A stretch of DNA of 64,000 nt, from contig NW_027138407.1 in the NCBI RefSeq assembly GCF_035084215.1, positions 930,001 through 994,000 on the forward strand, read 5' to 3'. How positions within the stretch are numbered: position 1 is the stretch's first letter; every line of letters begins with the position of its first letter. The position numbers were made by a program, and so were the translations under genes. A model generated the notes under the pieces. The model was not told the origin of the DNA. It saw nothing but the letters and a program-made list of their open reading frames with translations, and did not search any database. The DNA comes from Heptranchias perlo. Its lineage: Eukaryota. This document shows positions 62,560 to 64,000 of this stretch, in pieces.

Positions 62560-63142
62560 TGCAAAAATTTGCATTTATATAGCGCCTTTAACGTAGCAAA
62601 ACGTCCCAAGGCGATTCACAAGAGCGATTATCAAACAAAATTTGACACCGAGCCACATAAGGAGATATTAGGACAGGTGACCAAAAGCTTGGTCAAAGAG
62701 GTAGGTTTTAAGGAGCGTCTTCAAGAAGGAGAGAGAGGTAGGGAGGCGGAGGGGTTTAGGAAGGGAATTCCAGAGCTTAGGGCTTAGGCAGATGAAGGCA
62801 CGGCCGCAAGTGGTGGAACGATTAAAATCGGGGATGCTTATGAGGCAAGAACTGAAGGAGGCAGAGATTTCGGAGAGTTGTAGGGATAGAGGAGGTGACA
62901 GAAATAGGGAGGGGAGAGGCCATGGTGGGATTTGAAAACAAGAATGAGAATTTTAAAATCGAGGCGTTTCCCGGCCGTGAGCCAGAGTCGGTCAGCGAGT
63001 AAGGGGGGTGATGGGAGATCGGGTCAGAGTTTTGGATGAGCTCAAGCTTGTGGTGAGTGAAAGATGGGAGGCGAGCCAGGGGACCATTGGAGTAGTCCAG
63101 TCTGGAGGTAACAAAGGCATGGATAAGAGTTTCAGCAGCAGA
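62560..63142 (-). mobile_element. L2-like LINE 3' fragment
   Basis: AAETLIHAFVTSRLDYSN motif (ORF 62822-63196) and a ..GGCGCTATATAAATGCAA 3' end. Confidence 0.8.
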
Positions 63143-64000
63143 TAGGAACATAGGAACAGGAGTAGGCCATTCAGCCCCTCGTGCCTGCTCCGCCATTTGA
63201 TAAGATCAAGGCTGATCTGTGATCTAGCTCCATATCCCTTAATACCTTTGGTTGCCAAAAAGCTAGCTATCTCACATTTAAATTTAGCAATTGAGCAAGT
63301 ATCAATTGCCGTTTGCAGAAGAGAGCTCCAAATTTCTACCACCCTTTGTGTGTAGAAATGTTTTCTAATCTCACTCCTGAAAGGTCTGGCTCTAATGTTT
63401 AGACTGTGCCCCCTACTCCTAGAATCCCCAACCAGCGGAAATAGTTTCTCTCTAAACATCCTATCTGTTCCCTTTAATATCTTATAAACTTCGATCAGAT
63501 CAACCCTTAACCTTCTAAACTCTGGAGAATACAACCTCAATTTGTGTAATCTCTCCTCGTAACAACCCTTGAAGTCCGCGCATCATTCTAGTAAACCTAC
63601 GCTGCACTCCCTCCAAGGCCAATATGTCCTTCCGAAGGTGCGGTGCCCAGAACTGCTCACAGTACTCCAGGTGCGGTCTAACCAGGGTTTTGTATAGCTG
63701 CAGCATAACTTCTGCCCCCTTGTACACCAGTCCTCTAGATATAAAGACCAGCATTCCATTAGCCTTATTGATTATTTTCTGCACCTGTTCATGACACTTC
63801 ATTGATCGATGTACCTGAACTCCTAAGTCCCTTTGGACATCCACTGTTTTTAACTTTTTACCATTTAGAAAGTACCCTGTTCTATCCTTTTTTGATCCAA
63901 AGTGGATGACCTCACATTTGTCTACATTGAATTCCATTTGCCATAGTTTTGCCCATTCACCTAAGCTATCAATATCCCTTTTCAATTTTATGTTTTCATC
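63143..64000 (-). mobile_element. Relatively well-preserved CR1-like LINE (RT C-terminus, frameshifted), adjoining the L2 copy
   Basis: ORF 63515-63985 (WAKLWQMEFNVDKCEVIHFG..LYKTLVRPHLEYC) and ORF 62992-63540 (RRLRVDLIEVYKIL). Confidence 0.92.

Noticed and set aside
62992-63985. Functional reverse transcriptase gene
   Set aside because: A frameshifted, partial CR1 LINE ORF2 C-terminus; the other RT-like ORFs are similarly decayed.
1-64000. Bona fide IgVH/IgL V, J or C exons
   Set aside because: No WVRQ-type FR2, no V-linked octamer promoter, no FGxG/WGxG segment with a 12-RSS, and no C1-domain exon found.

Overview
Eukaryotic genomic DNA, most likely from a cartilaginous fish (inferred from the CR1/L2 LINE, Deu-domain SINE and Penelope-like repeat families and from the V-gene style). 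The window is part of a T-cell receptor alpha/delta-type variable-segment cluster. I find about 27 V segments or V remnants. Ten are apparently intact (leader exon, phase-1 intron, V exon, 22-24-bp-spacer RSS). One is cut by the window edge, one has an open frame but a deleted RSS nonamer, one has an open frame but lacks both canonical cysteines, and about 14 are pseudogenes or fragments. They lie in alternating orientation blocks produced by tandem and inverted cassette duplications. No convincing D, J or C segment is present. Most ORFs in the supplied track are spurious or LINE-derived. The most unusual signals: (1) a ~10-unit, ~62-bp minisatellite at 26.7-27.3 kb whose consensus unit is a near-perfect 22/23-spacer RSS preceded by a D-like 13-mer; (2) a Penelope-like insertion with two inverted minimal hammerhead-like motifs; (3) a V family with IgVH-like 'AMH-W..GLEW' motifs; (4) a V with an extra Cys pair at VH-Kabat 35/50 spacing; (5) about 14 CTCF-like motifs, mostly oriented with the local V blocks. 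All coordinates were counted by hand.
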